32,375 nt of DNA from Craspedostauros australis (taxonomy: Eukaryota). The notes under the pieces are model-generated. The model saw only the letters and a program-made list of their open reading frames with translations, searched no databases and was not told where the DNA came from. The stretch spans positions 1-32,375 of the forward strand of contig JALAGF010004064.1 of the NCBI GenBank assembly GCA_030167865.1, written 5' to 3'. The translations under genes and the position numbers were made by a program. Shown here piece after piece: positions 10,708 to 20,800 of this stretch (positions within the stretch are counted from its first letter, which is position 1; every line of letters begins with the position of its first letter).

Positions 10708-11046
10708 ATGATACGCCGCCTCGTCTGCTGGATCCTGCTGCTGGTCCCGTCACAGGCCTTCACCACGACAATCCCACCGCACGCCCGCACATGCTTGCCC
10801 GCCAAAGGCTCCGAACACAACGACGATCTGCAAGATGCGCTCAATGAGCTGATGCAACCACCCACGGATGGCGATGCACCCATGTGGGCCGGATTCGATT
10901 CGGATCGCATCGACGAAACGGCGTTGCCAATTCCGCTGTTCACAAGCATGGTCATCCTGCTGGGCACGACGTATCTGACGGTGTATCTTTTGTACTACGG
11001 TATCGTTGGATTATCTGCCGAAGATCAGTTGCCAGGGCTCCTGTGA
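10708..11046 (+). CDS. Small, probably plastid-targeted protein with one C-terminal TM helix, 112 aa
   Basis: Signal peptide MIRRLVCWILLLVPSQA, then F-TTTIPPHART (ASAFAP-like cleavage with Phe at +1 and a hydroxylated/basic transit-like stretch), an acidic linker, and a hydrophobic helix LFTSMVILLGTTYLTVYLLYYGIVGL. Confidence 0.7.
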   Translation: MIRRLVCWILLLVPSQAFTTTIPPHARTCLPAKGSEHNDDLQDALNELMQPPTDGDAPMWAGFDSDRIDETALPIPLFTSMVILLGTTYLTVYLLYYGIVGLSAEDQLPGLL

Positions 11047-11828
11047 TGGGGTAGGAAGGCTACGAAACACACGAGCGTCCCAAGAGTGACGGTGGTACGA
11101 CAGCATCATGATCTCGGTTCATGACACATGAAAGCACGATTGCGAGACCCTGCCTTCGTTGGGCAGACATGCAATAGAGACCGACATGGGGCACGGGCCA
11201 CTATGGAGAGCAGACAAATCCCACGGGCAGTACCCTGCACTCTCTGTGTGCTACTTCACTGGAAGGCAATGGCGCTTTGAGCGAACATCATCATGTTTCT
11301 CGCACGAACCAAGCAGATTTTTCACCTTCACCCAAAGCGGGTCATCAACAACAACATCACATTGGGCACGCGCAGCAAGTTCGCAATGGATGGACAGATA
11401 GATAGAGAGAGATGGCGATGGATGCCATTGCCAATGGTGTTTGTAATCAAAAGTAGCCAACTCCCGATTGACGAGAAGAGGTCGGCCATGTGCGTGCCTC
11501 ATCAAGTAGTCACACGCTCGGATTTGCCGACAAACGCGCTCGTGCACAATGCCAGTGCACATGTTTGCAGACGTTATTTGTCGTTATTACTTCCGACACA
11601 TGAAATTTTTGTGTGGTGGCGAAATTTGAAGGCACGATTTTGTCGCCCAAGATTGGCGGGAGATGAGAAATTTGCGACACTGCGCACCTCTGTGCCTTTC
11701 GGAAGGCAAGGTCGCACTGCGATGTGAGTATGCATGGGAGATTCCGAGATCAATCATGTCATACAATTGCATTGACCCTCTGCTTCGTTGGACTTGACGC
11801 ATTCAATTCAACTCGAATCGATTGCACC

Positions 11829-13127
11829 ATGAAGTCCCTGTTCGCCACCGTCGCGGCGCTGGTCGTGTTCCTGCTGTTCCAATGCACGGGATGGAGGCAG
11901 ATGCAGCAGATCGAGGATGTTGCGACGAAGGATTTCGAGTATGCCGCCGTGCAGCAGCATGCGCTGTATGCTCCCTCGGTGGTGTACCAGGACAAGAAGC
12001 CTCTCAAGGTGGACTTCGTGCTGCCCGTTCAGCAGAGGCGCTTCGATGATGAGGCCGCCGTCGTTGCTTCCAACAAGGCCAAGCAGGCGACGAGCGGCCA
12101 TGTGAGGAAGGGGAGCAACGGCAATAGAGATGGAGATGACAAGAAGAAGGGCAAGCCTGTGATGGTGGCAGACAAGCAGAAGGACGATGCGAAACTTCGC
12201 CACAATGAGAAAGCCTCCAAGGAGACCAAGGAGTCGAAGGAATCTAAGGAATCTGCAGAGCCCAAGGAGTCCAAGGAGACGCAGGCAGAAGCAGAATGCA
12301 TCCCTGCCAGACCCGTGAAATGGGAATGGAACAGATACAGCAAGATGAAGGACTCCGGCTACACGCCCTCCAAACCAATGAAGAAGAAACGCAACACCCT
12401 GATTGCGCTGTTCGTGGGCTTCGACAAATACGCCAGCATGCTGGAGATGACGGCGCCCATCAACAAGGCCTACGCCCGCAAATGGAAGCAGGATCTCGTG
12501 GTGCTGCAGGGCACCTCGTACGTCCTGCCCGTCGACAAGGGCTGCACGCCTCAGGGACGCCGCACGACGCTCAACAAGATCTCGCTGCTCAAGGAAGCCC
12601 TGAAGCACAACGACGAGTACGACCAGATCCTCATCCTCGACACGGACGCCATCGTCTACGATTTCGACACGGACATCTCCACCCTCCTGCCCGACAAGTA
12701 CATGATCGCGGCGCACCGCGTGCTCGTCAAGAAGGACCCCCACACCGTGCAGACGTCCAACATCAACGCCGGCGTCACGCTGTGGAATCTGCATCACAAC
12801 GCCACGCAGCGCATCACGCAGGGCTGGCATCAACGCAGCAAGAAGAGCATCGAAAAGCTCGATTTCCGCGGCGATCAGAAACCGCTGCAGGCCACCATCC
12901 TGCACGACGGCGGCGTGCCCTTCGTCTACTCGCTGCTGGAGGAATTCGCGTATGGTCACGGCACCGTCGTGAAGCATTTCATTCGTCGCAAGAATCATCA
13001 TAACTGGACGGATCCCAAGATCGTCGACGAGCGTGAAATTATGGTCGACGAGGCGGCCAAGACGATCTGCGGTCGCGAGCCTGGTGTTTGCGATAACATC
13101 GATCGTGTGCCGTATGCCAGTCTGTAG
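11829..13127 (+). CDS. Type II membrane GT-A glycosyltransferase, GT34 (GMA12/MNN10)-like, 432 aa
   Basis: N-terminal anchor MKSLFATVAALVVFLLFQC and a Lys-rich stem. Catalytic-domain motifs: INKAYARKW, LNKISLLKEAL, YDQILILDTDAIV (DxD), NINAGVTLWN, GDQKPLQ, KHF. The first plausible ATG is 11829; the ORF-track extension from 11724 is unlikely. Confidence 0.8.
   Translation: MKSLFATVAALVVFLLFQCTGWRQMQQIEDVATKDFEYAAVQQHALYAPSVVYQDKKPLKVDFVLPVQQRRFDDEAAVVASNKAKQATSGHVRKGSNGNRDGDDKKKGKPVMVADKQKDDAKLRHNEKASKETKESKESKESAEPKESKETQAEAECIPARPVKWEWNRYSKMKDSGYTPSKPMKKKRNTLIALFVGFDKYASMLEMTAPINKAYARKWKQDLVVLQGTSYVLPVDKGCTPQGRRTTLNKISLLKEALKHNDEYDQILILDTDAIVYDFDTDISTLLPDKYMIAAHRVLVKKDPHTVQTSNINAGVTLWNLHHNATQRITQGWHQRSKKSIEKLDFRGDQKPLQATILHDGGVPFVYSLLEEFAYGHGTVVKHFIRRKNHHNWTDPKIVDEREIMVDEAAKTICGREPGVCDNIDRVPYASL
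12219..12281 (+). repeat. 9-bp coding repeat encoding KE(S/T) tripeptides
   Basis: KET KES KES KES AEP KES KET in the stem of the GT34-like protein. Confidence 0.85.
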
Positions 13128-13663
13128 TATTATGTAATGCAATGCACAGACCAAGGGAACATGTGGGATAGGCAATGCCGACATTGCTATTCTATTCCAT
13201 ATTGCGCCATGCATCGACATGTGAAAGTTAATATTCACACAAGTACTACTAGAAATATATGATATGATGCTGTGCATTCTTACTCGAGATGTGAGTTGCA
13301 CATTCGCGTCCTCCTCCGATGTAATGTGCAATGCATTACAATACAATGCAATGGGCTGAGTTGAAAGAACAACGCTTGTTGAGGACAGAGAAAAGTCTCT
13401 CCTACGGAGCAAATTCCTCGACATCGCGCCTCCACCGCGCACAGCCGCGCTCCGAGCGGAACAAATCGCCGTGAAACGAAGAGAGTCAAAGAGACCCCAC
13501 ATGTACTATTGCATTCCTGAGTATTCATAAACTCTCCACTACTATTGCTCCATTCCATGCGTCTACTCGCGCGGATATTGTTACTGTACAAAAGCCCCAT
13601 TCAAACTGTATTTATTAGAGTACGATATAGTATAGTAGACGAGAACGCCGCGCCAATGGAACG

Positions 13664-14794
13664 TCACGCCGCGCCGCCATGACACAGATGATCTTCGGCC
13701 TGCAGCATGATCCGCCGCGCCGCCGCGGGTCCCAACAACAGCCGCAGCAAGGACCATCCGATGTACCGCGCCTCATCATCCCACACGCTGTGATCCAACA
13801 CTCCCCGATAAACGCATGTCACCATGCGCGCTACGCACTGCTTCTTGCGCGACACGACGTGCACGGCCCCGAACGCCGCGCAGGCATGCTTGTAAATATG
13901 CACGCATTTGGGAAAGCGTTCCAACGCCGCGACGATGAGATCGGGTGGCACGCTGCCGGCATGGGCGTTGCCCAGCAGATGCGATAAGGCCGCCAACGCC
14001 GCGCAATGCACGTGCTGATGCCAGTGGAATTGGCGCATGACATCGGCGATGCATGGCACGGCGCCGGCCTGCAGGCAGGATGCGGCGCGATGTGGTGAGT
14101 TGTAGAGGAACCAAATCAACGCGGCCAAGGCCCATTCGAAGAGGTGGGGGCTGTCGCAATGGTGGCGCAGCACGTCGAGGATGATCGGGATGCCGCCGTA
14201 AGCGCACAGATCCGACATGACGGCGTCGAGGAGGTCGTGGCGCGCGTCGTGCAGGCCCGGCAGCGAGTGCAGCGATTTGCAAAAGTCGTGCAAGAGTGGT
14301 TGGATGGCTTCGCCCGGCGACGTGGCTTCGGTGTGGTTGCGAATGTCGTCGAGGAGGAAGAAGAGATGGGTCAGGTGATGTTCATGCGATGGTGGGGTCC
14401 TGTTGGACGTTGCTATCGTTGTTGTTGTAGTGGCTGTAGGGACTGCGGTAGCCGTTGGTATTGTCGCAGTTGCTGATTTTGAGGAATCCTTGGCGCCAAC
14501 TTCTGCTGATGCTATTGTTGCTGACACTGTGGGTGCCTCTTGTTGCGGACATTGACGAAGACTGGCATGGTGTCTGCGGCGTTGTCGTCTCGTCCTGTGC
14601 TGGTGATCATCATGATCATCGTTGTTGTCGTTATTGCCATTGTCGCCATTGCCGCCAGTGAAGGAGGAAGATCTTCGCTTGCGACATCGCCGATGCTGCT
14701 CCACGGGAACGGCCATGTTGGCTTGCTTCGCGATGTCGTCGTTCTGTTGGGTTGATGACGGTACCGCCATGGTGGCCGTCGCAGTCGCTGTCAT
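13664..14794 (-). CDS. Armadillo-like helical repeat protein with a low-complexity N-terminus, about 376 aa
   Basis: First ATG at 14794; the ORF track starts at TTG 14806. ARM-like units: YGGIPIILDVLRHHCDSPHLFEWALAALIWF, AGAVPCIADVMRQFHWHQHVHCAALAALSHL, PDLIVAALERFPKCVHIYKHACAAFGAV. Basic patches RRCRKRR and RTRRQRRR lie near the N-terminus. Confidence 0.75.
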   Translation of the reverse strand: MTATATATMAVPSSTQQNDDIAKQANMAVPVEQHRRCRKRRSSSFTGGNGDNGNNDNNDDHDDHQHRTRRQRRRHHASLRQCPQQEAPTVSATIASAEVGAKDSSKSATATIPTATAVPTATTTTTIATSNRTPPSHEHHLTHLFFLLDDIRNHTEATSPGEAIQPLLHDFCKSLHSLPGLHDARHDLLDAVMSDLCAYGGIPIILDVLRHHCDSPHLFEWALAALIWFLYNSPHRAASCLQAGAVPCIADVMRQFHWHQHVHCAALAALSHLLGNAHAGSVPPDLIVAALERFPKCVHIYKHACAAFGAVHVVSRKKQCVARMVTCVYRGVLDHSVWDDEARYIGWSLLRLLLGPAAARRIMLQAEDHLCHGGAA

Positions 14795-17700
14795 CGTGTG
14801 ATCCAATTTGTGTGCCCAAGGATGATTGTGTGGGTCTTTGTGCGTTGTGGGAATTGTCCACCGTCGGAATTGCGAAGTGACCGATTCGGCAGAATGCGGC
14901 GCGATGTTGCGCTTATGCCTGCCACTGCCCTCCGTCTGTCTCGCTTTGTCTGTTTCCGATCAAAGCTGCTCTTGTATCGCACGGATGTCTGTGCGAGTGC
15001 GGTATGTCCTGCTTTGCTCGTACTTGTTGGTATAGTGCTCGTGCTTGGATGCAGAGTATAATACTTGCGTGCGCTTGAGCGGAGGACTCTAGGAGGTGGT
15101 CTCTTGAGGAATCCGAATGATTGTGAGAGACCGCATTCGTATTTGTAGAGTGGAGCGGAGAGCAGGTACTCTGCTGCAGTATCTGTACTGTTGGGTGTTG
15201 CACGACTTTTGCAATGGAGCGAGTTGTCTGCTCTGATGCCCTCGTGGAGAGTATGTGCGCTCCCTTGACAACCTCTGAAGCGATGGGATGGAACGTTATG
15301 CAATGCACAGTGCGTCAAGCAGTTGGACGTAAACGTCGTTGGGCGAAGGTATTGGAGAGAGACAGAAACAGAAACGCAGACGATGATGATGATGAGAATG
15401 GGAATGATGACCACGTGATGATCAACGCAGTTGCGTAGAGTAGTACAGTAGGTCCATGTGGTTGTATGTTGTGTGTGTGTGTGCATGCTTGGCTGTCCGT
15501 GACCATGGAGCCGATGTGCTCTTGACCGTTGGCAGTTTTGCCCTCTCTGTTTCAAGGTGCGCAAATGACACCCAGAAACACACATTCTTCCGGTGGATTG
15601 AGGTTCTCATTTTGGCCACGGGTCCAGATGTCTCTCTGTTGGGCGACATGGCCGCGCAGTGCACAACATGTGACATCGCATCGCGGTAGATTCGTGACAT
15701 GGTCATCGTGTCGTGTTGTGCGAAACTCCGCGCCAGCGTACTACCGTCAATACAGACGGACACAACAGTACGAGTGCGCATCGCTCCCAGTGCTGATGAT
15801 CGTGGACTCCGTTCCTGCGCGCCTTGTCTTCGGTCCACTGTGAATGAGGAATATCGGTAGACAGTACAATAGTCAGGCGAATGCACTACCAACATTTAAC
15901 AAACAACGTCAAAGCACAAGCGCCGAAGATCTGTCCCTCGCGTTAAATCGTAGTCTGCCGGTTTTCCTGTGTTATCCCCACATTGCTTGTTTTGACGAAG
16001 GAGTATCGGCCAAAGACAAAGGTCGAGTTCGCCAATGCTTTGACGAACCGACGTGCGGTGGACAAGAAGTCGGCACGAGGGCAATAGACTGGGAACCATT
16101 GTATCGCATTGGATGGACTGCTGCGACATGTACGTGGGACCTCCACATAGGTTGGGGAAGCACCGTAAATCAGTGTAGTTTTGTGTGTGTGGATGTGATC
16201 TGTGTTTTTCGGATAGTGGAATGCAGTATCCACTCGCATGGTGACTGGTTTCCGCCCTCGTCATGGATGTTCAAAAGGGGCATTTCAACAACCTGCTTGT
16301 CATCATCTGCCCCATTCCGCCGCAGACCGCTCTCCTCTGCTTGGTCTCCACCTCCGAGGGACTGTGTTCGTTGTCCCATTCCGGTGCCTCATTTCATTTG
16401 CGATCGTCAAAGTTGACTGGATGCGTTTGCCTTTCTCAGAACTTTGTACTCTGCATTGGACTTGAATGGCGTGCAATAAATACGCTCTATCTCCGATGGA
16501 CAGAGAGGAATCCACATTGCGAAGCCATGGCAGACCCGACCAAGACCAAACCAAGAGAGAGGCATGCTTGGAATGGTGACACCAAGATTGCCACTGAGCC
16601 CGTGATAGAATCGAAACTACGATTGAACTCGCGTGACACGTCGCGTGCTACCGCGGAGTAATTGTTCCTCGTTTGTGTGAGTCCTCCAAGAAACTTCCGA
16701 TCGACGAAGAGCGAAGAGCTGATCTGTGTTGGAGCGACACGTGTTGGATCTGGACGAATCAATCATCACAGCGGTACTCAAATTCCGTATCATGACTGCA
16801 TACGGTAGCGCTGGCGAAGAAATTGTTGCTTGAATGGATATCTATCCTTGCAATAGAAGTCTAGATCGTGATGCGTTCGGTGATCGAATCAAGCGACCAA
16901 ACCAAGAAAAGACACGAGCGATGTCGCAAAGAGACGCCACGTCCTGTCCAGATGCATGTCGCAGCGACAATAAAACGCCTCCATATTTTCAGGTGTTGGC
17001 TTGGCGGGAAACAAAACGCAAAAGGAGAAGAGTCGTTGCGCAGAGGCGACGACGACGAAACACCTGTTGTTAAATTGTCACGCGCCGTACCGCACAAGTC
17101 GTGGAACACGATGCTGGCTGTGCGGCGCAACCCGATTCGATCGAAATGGTGGCAGCAGCGTGAGGATGTGCAGAACACAACAAGCACACACACAGACACA
17201 CAGAGACAGGCGGAAAGAGAGACAAAAGACGAAAACGGAGCTCATCCAAGATACCAACACCAATAGTCGCACGAGCGCGGAGACCAGGCGCTGTTGGATA
17301 AAGGAGAAAGAGCAACGTCTGCACATAAACGTACACAATACATCAATAGATAAAGAGAAAGAGACAGAGAGAGACGCAAAGCAATAGAAGGAGAGACAGC
17401 AAGAGGCATTGATTCACACATCCTCGTGTTGGAGTACGAGCAAGAATAGGATCTGCTGTACTTCGCGGTCGCCGTTCCATTTCATTCGGCGCCATTCTTT
17501 CTAGCTCACGCATCCAAGCGGTTCTATTTTCGACGCCACGAACTGCACAAGGCACCGCATCCATCATCATCATTATCAGCAGCAGCAACAACAACAGCAC
17601 ATTTGTGTAGCGCCTGCTCTGCTCTGTACGAATACTGATTCGCATTGGGGACTATTGCTGAGCTGTTCCTTCTGCTACTACTTCTGGGACGCCTTCTATA

Positions 17701-17868
17701 CTTCACATACCCTCTTAGCACGGTCTCTAGGTGCACATCCATTCGAGAAGAAGAGACTCCTGCGCAGGAAGCACACCGAGGAAGATCAGCACACGATACT
17801 CGACACTCGATCCTCGACACTCAATAGTCAATAGTCTCCAGAACAATACGAGTACTCGTATTAGAACA

Positions 17869-20800
17869 ATGCCAGCAAACGGAGAACATCCATCAACAGC
17901 ACCTTCCTCAGCACCTTCCTCAGCACCCTCATCAGCACCTTCATCAAAGTCCATTCCCATTCCAACACCAACACCCGCGTCATCCACGCAACCAGCAACG
18001 CCAACAGCAACAGCAGCAGCAGCAACAGCAGCAATACCAATTGGAGGAGCGCGTCCCATCCACACAGTGCGCGAAATCAGATCCACACCGGATGAATCAG
18101 AACCAACCTTCAGTTACGAACGTGAATTCTTCCTCATGAACGCCAACAGCCAGGAACTCCTGGCCGAGGATGAGTTCCACCGCAGGATGGCTCCACGCAA
18201 CAGCACTGGCAATGGTGCCACAAGCAACGGTCGCAAGCGCGGCTCCCAATCGGCGCCGTCCAACAATAATCTGTCGTCTTCGTCATTGCCGACCAACGGT
18301 CTCATGGTGCCGCCGACGCAATCGCGATCCAAGACGAAGGGCGGTAAGTTGGGTGGTGTGGTGGCCAGCTTTTGGAGGACGACGACGACGACGGGCGAAG
18401 ACAGCAAAGCACCCAAAGTCAGCACGACGTCCACCGCCAAACCCAACGTCATTGCGACGCGCAGCAAATCGACGCCACCCGACGGACCCAACTTTGCCTC
18501 GATGCGCAACAACGTGCCAACCAACGAACGCAAGGTCTCGGGGGGTCTGCTGGGTGCGGCCCTGCAGCTGCAGTCGCAATCGTCCGGCACGAGGTTGCCG
18601 ACTCGATCGCAGGCCGAAGCGATGGTGAGTTGTTCGTTATGTCGAAGTGCTTGTGGAAGTGCTTCTGAAACATATTGTGGAAGTGCTTCTGCTCAAGAAT
18701 GTGATGCGGCAGTGTGCTATCGAGTGTTGTGACAACCTCGTATGCCTCCGCCATGCATACACAAGACATGAATGAGACTGCCTGCGCATGGTGCCATCCG
18801 CTAATTCTCACTTCTTGCGGACTCAAAACTGTTCCTGGATCAATCTCTTTTCCCTTCTTTGGTGTATATAATTCGTAACCACCTCCACTCACTGACCCAT
18901 CGCGCATCACATATCAATACTAATGCCAATGCCAATGCCAATACTTCTACGTGTACCGTACCACAGTGGACTGGACCCAACCATCCCAACGCCAGCAATG
19001 GTAACAGACCAACTGCCAAGCCTGTCTCCTACCAACAGCAACAATCGCAGAACCACCAGCAACCACAACAACATCAACAACAACAGCAGCAGCACCACCA
19101 GGAATACACGCAACGTCATCAACATCAAAATAAACATCAACACCAACACCAACCCATTCACAACAACTATCTGCCAGAACACGCATTGCCACCCACGGAC
19201 AGATTTCGGCGATCCGGATCCAGCTTTTCTTCCAACAATTCCAACACCAGCATACACTCCAATCCCAACCACACCCTAGCCACAACGAACATCAACAACG
19301 CCGCCATGCAGCAGACATCCCGCACCAACAAGAAGGATGTCACGCGACAGAGGCAACAGGCCAGGAGACAGAAGATGGAGGCTCTTTCCGGATCTGACAT
19401 TGTCACGGTGGAGGAGGAGGAGGCAGGCACTCCGCGCTCCGTCACACCGCCACCACCAATGCAGCAAACGTTTTCGCATATCAATCATGCTCCTGATTCC
19501 ACGTCGGGGTTCCGTTCCGTGGCAGTTTCATCGCGTGCTGAAGCGCACATTCAGCAATCTTCTTTCGTGCCGGGCAGTGACAGGAGCATCGACAGTAACG
19601 GCAATGGCAACAACAACGGCAATGGCAACAGCAGCGGCATCATACCCATAGGATCCACAGCCAAGAGGGTCGTCAATGCCTACAAGAGCAGCAGCGCCTT
19701 GATTCGCAATGCCGCCTCGGCGTCCGTCGGATCGCCCGTCAACGGCAGTGGCAAGAACAACTCGAGCCGGGCCATCGGCAATCGCGTCCTCTTCGGAAAA
19801 TCCTCATCCCTCCTCTTCCCCACCGGCGTCGGACCCGCCAACGGTGGCACCAACAACAACGGCGGCGCCGGTCTCACAAGCAACGCCAGCGTCGGTAGCA
19901 ACGCCGCCACGAGCACGGCCAGCATGCGCGGTGCCTCCACGTCCAGCATCATCGGCACGTCCGCAGACGCCGCATCCAAGAAGCAACGTCGCATAGACCT
20001 CCTCGTCGAACAGTGCGAATCGGCGCGATTCCAATTCAAGAAGAAGCTCATCCTCGAAAAGCTCGGCATGAACGATTCCGATATTCCCATCAAGGATCTC
20101 TACCACACGGGCTTGGGCAACACGCTGCATAAGCTGTCGTTGGCCGGCAATCCGCTGTCGTCGTTGCCGGCCAAGCTCGTCACGTGCTTGCCCGTCCTCA
20201 AGACCTTGGATCTGTCGCAGTGCGGATTGTACACCTTGCCGGAACGGTGGCATCTGCCGCAGCTCAAGCGATTGAATTTGTCCAACAATCAATTGAAGAT
20301 ATTTCCGGAGGAGGTGAGTGGTGTTATTATCACGATGGGCGTCGTCGCGATGCGTGCATTGCGTCATGAATGCGAATGAGCCTGTTCGTATTCATCACGT
20401 CCTCGCTGAATTTACGAACTCATTCATTCATTTTGCAAACCAACTTGATCGCAAACAAACTCACCGTCACAATACATTCCAACACAATGCAATGCATCGC
20501 AGTCCATGCTGGAAGGGCTAATGGAACTGAACGAGCTGGATCTGTACAAGAACCATATTGAGCAAATCATCATCCCCGAGAACGCCAAGCTCCTGCAAAA
20601 GCTGGAAAAGCTCAACCTCTCCTTCAACGAACTCCATGCCCTTCCCGACGAATTCGATCGTCTCCGAGCCCTCAAGGTGCTCAAGCTCAACATCAACCAC
20701 ATCTCCATCATCCCCATGCGCATCTGCGACATGGAACTCAAAACAATCGAAGTCAACGGAAACCCGCTCACCATCCCACCCATTGAAACCTGCGAGAAGG

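Noticed and set aside
11808-13502. 564-aa minus-strand ORF
   Set aside because: Antisense shadow of the GC3-rich GT34-like CDS, with no motifs of its own.
14795-17868. Many short ORFs in the 3-kb divergent intergenic region
   Set aside because: Low-complexity, UTR-like sequence with no domain, RNA-gene or transposon hallmarks found.
18651-18691. 17-bp direct repeat TTGTGGAAGTGCTTCTG x2 in intron 1
   Set aside because: Only two copies with a 7-bp gap, so a local duplication rather than a CRISPR array or a recognisable element.
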